From IMG/VR virus record IMGVR_UViG_3300045988_046105, positions 1-29,037 of that record: a stretch of DNA of 29,037 nucleotides; one strand, written 5' to 3'. The notes beneath the pieces are model-generated. The model saw only the letters and a list, made by a program, of their open reading frames with translations, did no database searches and had not been told where the DNA came from. Positions within the stretch are counted from its first letter, which is position 1. Each line of letters begins with the position of its first letter. A program made the position numbers and the translations under genes. The stretch is from a virus (lineage: Duplodnaviria > Heunggongvirae > Uroviricota > Caudoviricetes). Of the stretch, positions 17,794-24,092 are shown in pieces.

Positions 17794-20268
17794 ATGAGAC
17801 AGGAATGTATACAAGCGGTTCAGCAGGCGGCGCAGCGCATGTTAACGGCGCGAGAAATACAGAACATTGAAGACCGCATTTATCGAAATATGCGCTCCAT
17901 TGCTCGTGATGACCCTATGTCGTGGCGACAACTTTCCGAATCAGAGCGGCTATATCGAGCAGCACAATTGGCATCTGAAGAATTACAGCGAGAAGCGGCA
18001 TTAAAGAAACGTCGTGTGGCTCTCACTATAGCCGCGCGTCAGAGATTGGATAAATTTATCAATAGCTATCAAGGGGCTGATGGGAAACTTGGCGCTCTTA
18101 ACCGTACTATAGCTTTTAATGCAGACGGTAAATCTAATTTCCTCTCTGTTGAATCCAGAACAAAAGCCACCCGTGATTATGCATTGAGTCAATTGCAGGA
18201 GGCATTCGAAGCAGTTGATCCTCGCTTTTTTGGTCTGTTTGAAGATGAAGCGGGCGTACGTGACCTGGTATATGAAATGCGGGGGCAAAATACTGGCAAT
18301 GCTAAAGCAAGAAACGGTGCTAAGGCGTGGAGAGAAGTTACAGAGCTGCTGCGCCGCCGGTTTAATGATGCTGGTGGGGACATTGGCTATCTCGAAAACT
18401 GGGGGATCCCTCAACATCATTCTATGGAAAAGGTTGGGGCAGTATCAAAGGATAAGTGGGTTAGCGATGTTATAGGTAAGCTGGATCGCAAATATTATAT
18501 CCGAGCCGATGGACAACTGATGAACGATGCCGAGTTGTCTTCATTTCTTGGAGAGGCTTATAACACGATCGCTACTGGTGGGCTGAATAAGCTTACTGAT
18601 ACCGGAATGCGAATTTCCGGCGCACGTGCTAACCGTGGTAATGCATCACGACAGATACATTTCAAAGATGCAGATTCCTATCTGCAATATCAGCAACTTT
18701 ATGGCGATCGCTCTCTATGGGAAATCATGGTCGGTCACCTGGAAGGTATCAGTAAAGATATTGCACTGGTGGAAACATATGGCCCAAACCCCGATCATGT
18801 TTTCCGCTCTCTTCTTGATCAGGTGAAGGCAGAAACGGCAACAGCTAACCCGAGTAAAACCGGTAAAGTCGAGCGGCTGGCGAACAACACAGAGAATCTG
18901 TACAACTTTATTTCCGGAAAGACACAGCCTGTAGCGAATCCGCACATCGCGCGATGGTCTGACAATATCCGCAACTGGCTGGTTGCCAGCAGACTCGGAT
19001 CCGCGTTGCTGTCATCGTTCTCTGATCTTGGAACCATGTATCTGTCTGCGAAGGTTACCAACCTTCCAATGAACCAGTTATTCCGCAACCAGCTTGAAGC
19101 TATGGACCCAACGAACCGTACAGAACTTGCGCGGGCTCGCCGCGCTGGTCTGGCGATGGAATCTCTACTTGGCAGCGTTAACCGCTGGGCGATGGATAAT
19201 ATGGGGCCGTCAGTGTCTCGTTGGGCGGCAACGGCGGTAATGCGTGCCAGTGGGCTTACAGCATGGTCAGATGCGCACAAGCGCGCCTATGGCGTAACCA
19301 TGATGGGAAGCCTGGGAGAAGTAGTGTCACGGACACCAGACCTTCGTAGCCTCGATGACTCTGATTTTCGTATCCTGAAAAGCAAAGGGATTACTGACAC
19401 AGACTGGAGCGTATGGAAGCTGGCGAAACAGGAGGACTGGGGGAACGGTAATAATACGATGCTGACACCGGAAAGCATTATGCGTATCCCTGATTCAGCA
19501 GTTAAACATCTTGGTGAGCCTGAACGCGTGAAATTTGAGGCAATGCGTAAACTGCTCGGTGCCGTAACTGAAGAAGTTGATATGGCTGTTATTACACCGG
19601 GAGCACGTGAGCAACTGATAACCGGTTCTGGTATTCAGCGTGGAACATGGAAAGGTGAATTAACGAGAAGTGTTTTCCTGTTTAAATCGTTCCCTATCTC
19701 GGTTGTTATGCGTCACTGGTCACGCGCTATGGGTATGCCGTCTGCTGGTGGGCGTGCGGCATATATTGCGACGTTTATTGCCAGTACGACCATTCTTGGC
19801 GCTTTGTCGCAGCAACTTAACGACCTTGCGTCTGGTCGTAATCCTCGAGAGATGACAGGAGAAGATGCCGCAAAATTCTGGCTTGGTGCTCTACTGAAAG
19901 GTGGTGGTCTTGGCCTTTACGGTGACTTTTTATTGTCAGATCACACTAGGTACGGAAGCGGCGCGCTGGCGTCGATGCTTGGCCCGGTAGCTGGTCTGGT
20001 TGATGACGTAGTGAAGATTGCTCAGGGCATACCGTTAAATGCTGTGGAAGGGAAGAGTGAGCAGACTGGTGGTGATCTGGTGAAGCTGGGGAAAGGTTTG
20101 ATGCCTGGTGCGAATCTCTGGTACTTGAAGGCGGCTCTCGATCACATGATCTTTAACCAGATGCAGGAGTATTTTTCACCAGGCTATTTGCGTAAAATGG
20201 AGCAACGTTCGAAGAAAGAGTTTAACCAGACATACTGGTGGCGACCACAGGATGTCACTCCGCAATAA
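17794..20268 (+). CDS. internal virion protein D-like (gp16 position)
   Basis: 824 aa, SD GAGAGG; last large gene of virion block. Confidence 0.55.
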   Translation: MRQECIQAVQQAAQRMLTAREIQNIEDRIYRNMRSIARDDPMSWRQLSESERLYRAAQLASEELQREAALKKRRVALTIAARQRLDKFINSYQGADGKLGALNRTIAFNADGKSNFLSVESRTKATRDYALSQLQEAFEAVDPRFFGLFEDEAGVRDLVYEMRGQNTGNAKARNGAKAWREVTELLRRRFNDAGGDIGYLENWGIPQHHSMEKVGAVSKDKWVSDVIGKLDRKYYIRADGQLMNDAELSSFLGEAYNTIATGGLNKLTDTGMRISGARANRGNASRQIHFKDADSYLQYQQLYGDRSLWEIMVGHLEGISKDIALVETYGPNPDHVFRSLLDQVKAETATANPSKTGKVERLANNTENLYNFISGKTQPVANPHIARWSDNIRNWLVASRLGSALLSSFSDLGTMYLSAKVTNLPMNQLFRNQLEAMDPTNRTELARARRAGLAMESLLGSVNRWAMDNMGPSVSRWAATAVMRASGLTAWSDAHKRAYGVTMMGSLGEVVSRTPDLRSLDDSDFRILKSKGITDTDWSVWKLAKQEDWGNGNNTMLTPESIMRIPDSAVKHLGEPERVKFEAMRKLLGAVTEEVDMAVITPGAREQLITGSGIQRGTWKGELTRSVFLFKSFPISVVMRHWSRAMGMPSAGGRAAYIATFIASTTILGALSQQLNDLASGRNPREMTGEDAAKFWLGALLKGGGLGLYGDFLLSDHTRYGSGALASMLGPVAGLVDDVVKIAQGIPLNAVEGKSEQTGGDLVKLGKGLMPGANLWYLKAALDHMIFNQMQEYFSPGYLRKMEQRSKKEFNQTYWWRPQDVTPQ

Positions 20269-20487
20269 AAGGAGATATGATAGTTCAAATAACTTTTATT
20301 GTACTAATATGTGCAGCGTTTTTATGCTATTCATACATTTTGATAAAAATGGGTTTCAATTGGAATCTCTGTTGCGTGCAGCGGCATGGTTCGGCTTTGT
20401 AGTATTCGGAATTGTATTGTTCGGAAGAATAATAAAATAACTAGTTAATTTGTGGATTGGTGCTGTTTTTCCATGATAGGGGTAATT

Positions 20488-20868
20488 ATGAGAAAAGTAT
20501 TTTTGATTTTTGGATTTATGCTTCTCGTTGGATGCCAGTCAGCTGCACAGTTTGAAAGAAATATGCTTACGTGGCGCGGGCAGAGTATAGACGCAATGGT
20601 TCAGCAGTGGGGGTATCCTCAGGGAGAGCTTACATCTCCAGATGGAAACAGAGTGTATGTTTACTCAAGCTCTGGTAGTTATAACGTACCACAAACCACA
20701 ACGTATAATACTACGTCTAATCTAATTGGTAATACTATATATTCAAACACATACGCAACAACTGATGGCGGTTATACACTCCATTTCAGTTGCTCTGTTT
20801 ACGTTGAGTTTGGTGCTGATAAGATTATTAAAAATGTTACATGGCGCGGTAATAATTGCGTTGCGTGA
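20488..20868 (+). CDS. lipoprotein (moron; candidate superinfection-exclusion / receptor-masking factor)
   Basis: ATG 20488 with AGGGG SD; signal peptide MRKVFLIFGFMLLVGC with lipobox LVGC; AT-rich gene unlike flanking virion genes; stop inside palindrome copy 3. Confidence 0.6.
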   Translation: MRKVFLIFGFMLLVGCQSAAQFERNMLTWRGQSIDAMVQQWGYPQGELTSPDGNRVYVYSSSGSYNVPQTTTYNTTSNLIGNTIYSNTYATTDGGYTLHFSCSVYVEFGADKIIKNVTWRGNNCVA

Positions 20869-20876
20869 CATGTCAC
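20865..20876. repeat. exact palindrome GTGACATGTCAC, copy 3 (14-mer in inverted orientation, CGTGACATGTCACA)
   Basis: Read directly; overlaps lipoprotein stop codon. Confidence 0.9.
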
Positions 20877-20901
20877 AGGCCGCTTTCGCGGCCTTGTTTT
20901 T
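20877..20901 (+). terminator. intrinsic terminator of lipoprotein gene
   Basis: AGGCCGC-TTTC-GCGGCCT followed by TGTTTTTA. Confidence 0.6.
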
Positions 20902-21061
20902 AACGAATGCCACCGCCACCCGGGCGGGAATCCGCAGAACGCCCACCGCAGCGGGAGCCGTCAGCAGCAGTGTCGCTGTCGTGCTGACAACGACCGGCAA
21001 AGGCCTGAGTTGAAGCTACCAGAGACAACAAAACGAACAGTGCAGCAAATGCTTTTTTCAT
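20900..21061 (-). CDS. small secreted Cys-containing peptide (53-aa precursor; ~31-aa mature Gly/Arg/Asp-rich peptide)
   Basis: Internal ATG 21061 gives MKKAFAALFVLLSLVASTQAFA-GRCQHDSDTAADGSRCGGRSADSRPGGGGIR: classic signal peptide with AxA site, two Cys, E. coli-like codons. SD is weak. Confidence 0.35.
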   Translation of the reverse strand: MKKAFAALFVLLSLVASTQAFAGRCQHDSDTAADGSRCGGRSADSRPGGGGIR

Positions 21062-21133
21062 TGTTAAATTTCCATCTATAAGCCACCTCAATGTGGCGTT
21101 AATGAGTGTAGCACTGACTTTTGTTTCGTCCAC

Positions 21134-21154
21134 AAAAAAGCCCGCAGCGCGGGC
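21134..21154 (-). terminator. intrinsic terminator directly after stop of 21155..21694
   Basis: Minus strand: GCCCGC-GCU-GCGGGC followed by UUUUUU. Confidence 0.6.
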
Positions 21155-21694
21155 TTACCAAAACTTGTACCACGGGGATTTATCCTTCAATGGACAATCC
21201 TTCCATCGTGTGGCCAACCATTCATATTCTTTAAAATATGTGTTTATGTTTTCTTTTTCTCTAATGGCTTGTATAAGAGGTAGCGCAATCTGATAGTTAT
21301 TTACAACGGAGCTGTAAAATACTTCCTTAATCATGGTCTCATCATAAGTTTTCCGCTTCACGCTCACAGCCATGCGTTCGTAGAAACCTAGACAGTAAAT
21401 TATTTCTCTCTTCTCTGTCTTTTCTTCATCCGTAAGATCAGCCTGCCCATTGCTTGGATACATATAAGAGCGGAATGATTTGTTCGATTCGTGAATGCGG
21501 CGCATAGTAGATAGGCCTTTCTTATAATCTACATCAAACCTGCTTTCACCAAGGAATACTGAAGTGTGTACTTTTCTCGCTGTATTTACATTATAAATAA
21601 TAGTAGCGATAGCTATGAACAAGCCAAGCGAAACCGCGACTGCACTTACGATTTGAGCCACAGCCATGGCAAATTGCATTTCTTCACTTAACAC
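21155..21694 (-). CDS. membrane-anchored protein with ~150-aa predicted cytoplasmic domain (candidate exclusion/abortive-infection factor)
   Basis: GTG 21694 with GGAGA SD 6 nt upstream (alternative ATG 21679). One long N-terminal TM helix followed by basic residues. AT-rich. No family recognised. Confidence 0.55.
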   Translation of the reverse strand: MLSEEMQFAMAVAQIVSAVAVSLGLFIAIATIIYNVNTARKVHTSVFLGESRFDVDYKKGLSTMRRIHESNKSFRSYMYPSNGQADLTDEEKTEKREIIYCLGFYERMAVSVKRKTYDETMIKEVFYSSVVNNYQIALPLIQAIREKENINTYFKEYEWLATRWKDCPLKDKSPWYKFW

Positions 21695-21711
21695 AAACTG
21701 TCTCCAGACAT

Positions 21712-21735
21712 GAAAACGGGGCCTAATGGCCCCGT
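21712..21735 (-). terminator. terminator-like hairpin (candidate attenuator) immediately upstream of RBS of 21155..21694
   Basis: Minus strand: ACGGGGCC-AUUA-GGCCCCGU then UUUCAUGU, followed 8 nt later by GGAGA and the start codon. Confidence 0.4.
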
Positions 21736-21753
21736 CATTAAACTATCCGAATG

Positions 21754-21786
21754 TTAAACGCCTTCGTACTCGTCAAATTTTCTCAT
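21754..21786 (-). CDS. candidate leader peptide MRKFDEYEGV (10 aa)
   Basis: ATG preceded by AGGAGGAG at 5-nt spacing; ends 18 nt before the attenuator-like hairpin. Could be coincidental. Confidence 0.2.
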   Translation of the reverse strand: MRKFDEYEGV

Positions 21787-21822
21787 GTGGGCTCCTCCTG
21801 TATCGGTGCCTAATCGCTATGG

Positions 21823-21839
21823 ATCACCCGTGAGGTAAT
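21823..21839. promoter_or_regulatory. operator-like palindrome ATCACC-CGTGA-GGTAAT (site S7) overlapping predicted -10/+1 of the 21155..21694 promoter
   Basis: Read directly; minus-strand promoter TGTACA-N18-TACTAT predicted by eye. Confidence 0.4.
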
Positions 21840-21870
21840 AGTAAGCTATTCACCTGCAATCTGTACAGAA

Positions 21871-21895
21871 TTATTTAAAGGCACATCCCTGTGCC
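21871..21895 (-). terminator. intrinsic terminator after Bro-N gene
   Basis: Minus strand: GGCACA-GGGA-UGUGCC followed by UUUAAAUAAUU. Confidence 0.45.
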
Positions 21896-21903
21896 GCCGC
21901 CCG

Positions 21904-22596
21904 TCAGAAGAACCCTGCTTTGTCGTTGATGTACTCCGCGTGCGTCTGGATATCACGCAGGCATTTGCTCACACCAACGATGTAGCAGAACATGGTGGTC
22001 AGCTCCGCCGCCGCGCCCGATACATCGTGCCCGTCTTCCTGTAACTGGTTCAGCAGATTCATCAGCAGTGAGTTTTCCGTCAGGCCGAGAACACCAGACG
22101 GCGAGTGAATCAGGCTGCGGTAGCCGGGCTTCAGTGGGGCGCTGTAGGTTTTGTTCTCTATCTTCATTGCCTGCATCACTGCTGATGCTGTGGCGTTGGC
22201 TACCTGGTCGGCAACCATCTTTATGCGTTCTTCCTGCGGGAGCGAGTTTTTAATGTAACTTCCGGTGCGGCGGATCTGAGGAAGAACCTCACCTGTAACC
22301 CATTCAAGAAATCTGAATGCTCTCGTTCCCTCAGTCATTGCCTCTTTGCAACGCAGAATAAGGATGTAGAGACCTGATTCTGAAACGATGGATAGTTCTT
22401 GTATTCCACCAGGGGTCTGTATTGAATACAGCCCCTTTTTGTTCCAGCCTTTTTTATCAAGTTTTCTCGCTTGTGTAACATCAATATTCAAAGCATTGCA
22501 CACATCTTTGGTGACAAACCAAGGTTCTCCGTCAATCATGAACATACGGATCTGGCAGGATGACTCAAAGGAAAAGATGGAAGGTTTGGTATTCAT
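21904..22596 (-). CDS. Bro-N domain protein with distinct ~80-aa C-terminal domain (antirepressor-like)
   Basis: ATG 22596 with AAGGTGA SD (track ORF extends to 22641 via non-ATG start). N-terminus FESSCQIRMFMIDGEPWFVTKDV...GLYILILRCKEAMTEGTRAFRFLEWVTGEVLPQIRRTG matches the Bro-N pattern (recollection); C-terminal domain is paralogous to 23743..24000. Confidence 0.75.
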   Translation of the reverse strand: MNTKPSIFSFESSCQIRMFMIDGEPWFVTKDVCNALNIDVTQARKLDKKGWNKKGLYSIQTPGGIQELSIVSESGLYILILRCKEAMTEGTRAFRFLEWVTGEVLPQIRRTGSYIKNSLPQEERIKMVADQVANATASAVMQAMKIENKTYSAPLKPGYRSLIHSPSGVLGLTENSLLMNLLNQLQEDGHDVSGAAAELTTMFCYIVGVSKCLRDIQTHAEYINDKAGFF

Positions 22597-22745
22597 GGCG
22601 ATCACCTTTGTAGTTAGGTTAATCACCACCGCTGAGACCAATCAGATGGTGGTGAACTGTGCAGAGTTGGTCTTACCGGCTACAAAGGAACCCGGCGCAC
22701 CTTTCGGTGCCCCCACACAGCCCACCATAGAATAGGTGCGCTTTA

Positions 22746-22843
22746 CACATAAAAAAACCGCTTATGCGGCATATGTGCCTCTGTAGTAATCCGGGAGACC
22801 AATCCCGGCACTGGATTTTGCCAGTGCCCGATTACTATGGCAC
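22746..22843 (-). ncRNA. structured 5' leader / candidate small RNA upstream of Bro-N gene, ending in hairpin plus U7
   Basis: Nested helices: GTGCC(22775-79)/GGCAC(22839-43) and GTAATC/GATTAC enclose two stem-loops (CCGGGA-N6-TCCCGG; GGCACTGG-N6-CCAGTGCC); then CCGC-N4-GCGG plus U7 (22751-22769). The 69-aa ORF over this region has no ATG and spans promoter elements. Confidence 0.35.
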
Positions 22844-22862
22844 AAGAGGAGTGCGATGTAAA

Positions 22863-22879
22863 TTTACCGCAAAGGTAAT
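22863..22879. promoter_or_regulatory. operator-like palindrome TTTACC-GCAAA-GGTAAT (site S1) overlapping -10/+1 of predicted Bro-N promoter
   Basis: Read directly; minus-strand promoter TTGATT-N18/19-TATCAT predicted by eye. Confidence 0.45.
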
Positions 22880-22955
22880 GATAAGCGCGGATAAATATTA
22901 AAATCAACCGTATTTGGTTGATTGCGTTTAACGCTTGATCACCTGAAAGCAAGAT

Positions 22956-22972
22956 ATTACCTTTAAGGTAAT
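22956..22972. promoter_or_regulatory. operator-like palindrome ATTACC-TTTAA-GGTAAT (site S2) just upstream of RBS of 22992..23720, plus half-site ATCACC-TGAAA at 22938-22948
   Basis: Read directly; perfect 6-5-6 dyad. Confidence 0.45.
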
Positions 22973-22991
22973 GTTATTGTGAGGAAAAGCA

Positions 22992-23720
22992 ATGGAAGTT
23001 TTCTGGATAGTTGTTGGTGTGGTTGCGGTGATTATTTACGTTATCAACCAGAACAAGACTAAGATCTCTGATCGTACGGTCGTTAATCATAACAAAACGA
23101 TAAAGACCGAAGATGGGGAGATAACGATTAATCGTACACAGGTGATAGAACACACCTCTACTCAGTTTCAAAAAACTGGAGGTAATGCGCCTAATATTTC
23201 CGCACCTCCTGCTTATGATAGTGCGGTAATCCAGACATATTATAAACAGCAGGAGTTAGCAAAAGAGAGGCAACTGATTCAGCCAAAGCCGTTTACAGCT
23301 GAGCTTCCACCTGGAGTGTCAATGCGTCCGGCATATCATGGAAGATTCCCTGGTGATGACATATCGTCTCAGTCATCTAAAAAAGCACCTCAGGCAGTAT
23401 CAGAGCCAGCAAGAATACCTTCTGTATCGCCGCCAAAAGAAGAATCAGCTAACAGAGTTTCAAGTGGTAGCAAGCAGTGCTTGCGATGCAGAATAAACCT
23501 ACCATATGAAAAATTCAGGAAATCGTCAAAAAATCCAGATGGATTGACTAAGTGGTGTGCAAGGTGTCTCGATGGCCCAAAGAATACACGCCATATGAAG
23601 TGGTGCCCAATTTGTAATGTCCGCAGAAAACGAACAAGCTTTTACCCTAATAATCAAAATGCGGATGGCTTAATGGCATGGTGCAAAACGTGCTGGGACG
23701 AGCACAAAGCGAAACGATAG
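22992..23720 (+). CDS. membrane-anchored protein with Pro-rich linker and tandem C-terminal zinc-ribbon-like repeats
   Basis: SD GAGGA 6 nt upstream; N-terminal TM helix; two repeats of C-x2-C-x17/18-(P/A)DGL-x3-WC-x2-C (CLRC...PDGLTKWCARC and CPIC...ADGLMAWCKTC). Confidence 0.6.
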   Translation: MEVFWIVVGVVAVIIYVINQNKTKISDRTVVNHNKTIKTEDGEITINRTQVIEHTSTQFQKTGGNAPNISAPPAYDSAVIQTYYKQQELAKERQLIQPKPFTAELPPGVSMRPAYHGRFPGDDISSQSSKKAPQAVSEPARIPSVSPPKEESANRVSSGSKQCLRCRINLPYEKFRKSSKNPDGLTKWCARCLDGPKNTRHMKWCPICNVRRKRTSFYPNNQNADGLMAWCKTCWDEHKAKR

Positions 23721-23744
23721 GCCGCTCTTGCGGCCTTTAAATTT
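23720..23744 (+). terminator. terminator hairpin between convergent genes
   Basis: GGCCGC-TCTT-GCGGCC followed by TTTAAATTT. Confidence 0.5.
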
Positions 23745-24000
23745 ACCGGGTTTGTTTTCGTAATTGTTCGGCACAATAGTCGAGATGTGTTTGCAGATCC
23801 CGCATAGACATCTGTGAGCTGGTGACGTAGTTAATCAGTGCAGTCAGTTCGGCAAGTGGGCCATCGACATTAAATCCATCCTTATCGAGATCCCGGAGTA
23901 ATTTCATCAAGTGCGATCCCTCCACCAGTGACCTGACGCCTCCCGGCGTGTGAATCCTTTCGGTAAATCCGTCTTCCAGTGGATAGTGATACCGCTGCAT
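23743..24000 (-). CDS. small protein (85 aa) paralogous to the C-terminal domain of the Bro-N protein; predicted SOS-inducible antirepressor-like factor
   Basis: ATG 24000 with GGAGA SD 8 nt upstream (track ORF starts further upstream at a non-ATG). Roughly 45 percent identity by eye to the Bro-N C-terminal region. LexA-box-like palindrome 22 bp upstream. Confidence 0.6.
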   Translation of the reverse strand: MQRYHYPLEDGFTERIHTPGGVRSLVEGSHLMKLLRDLDKDGFNVDGPLAELTALINYVTSSQMSMRDLQTHLDYCAEQLRKQTR

Positions 24001-24021
24001 CTTATCTTCTCCATGCAATAA

Positions 24022-24037
24022 CTGTATATTTATACAG
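24022..24037. promoter_or_regulatory. LexA (SOS) box CTGTATATTTATACAG overlapping predicted -10 of the small-gene promoter
   Basis: Matches CTGT-N8-ACAG with AT-rich spacer (consensus TACTGTATATATATACAGTA); sits on a TATAAAT -10-like element of the minus-strand promoter. Confidence 0.65.
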
Positions 24038-24075
24038 TAGCAAATAATTTGTTTGCTATCCAGCACGTTTTGCAA

Positions 24076-24092
24076 ATTACCTGAAAGGTAAT
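24076..24092. promoter_or_regulatory. operator-like palindrome ATTACC-TGAAA-GGTAAT (site S3); half-site TTTCAGGTAAT at 24132-24142
   Basis: Read directly; perfect 6-5-6 dyad between the small LexA-box gene and the tailspike gene. Confidence 0.45.

Noticed and set aside
20277-20440. Two overlapping small hydrophobic ORFs (about 41 and 43 aa) in the AT-rich gap before the lipoprotein gene
   Set aside because: AT-rich DNA throws up hydrophobic ORFs readily; two incompatible frames and suboptimal SD spacing. Left unannotated pending ribosome-profiling evidence.
21860-21869. Short palindrome CTGTACAG as a LexA box
   Set aside because: Lacks the 8-bp AT-rich spacer of CTGT-N8-ACAG; used instead as a -35-like element in the predicted promoter.
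22388-22735. 115-aa plus-strand ORF antisense to the Bro-N gene
   Set aside because: Antisense to a gene with a clear Bro-N domain and good RBS; no RBS of its own.
22743-22952. 69-aa minus-strand ORF over the Bro-N leader
   Set aside because: Begins with a non-ATG codon, runs across promoter and operator elements, and coincides with extensive RNA secondary structure; interpreted as leader RNA.
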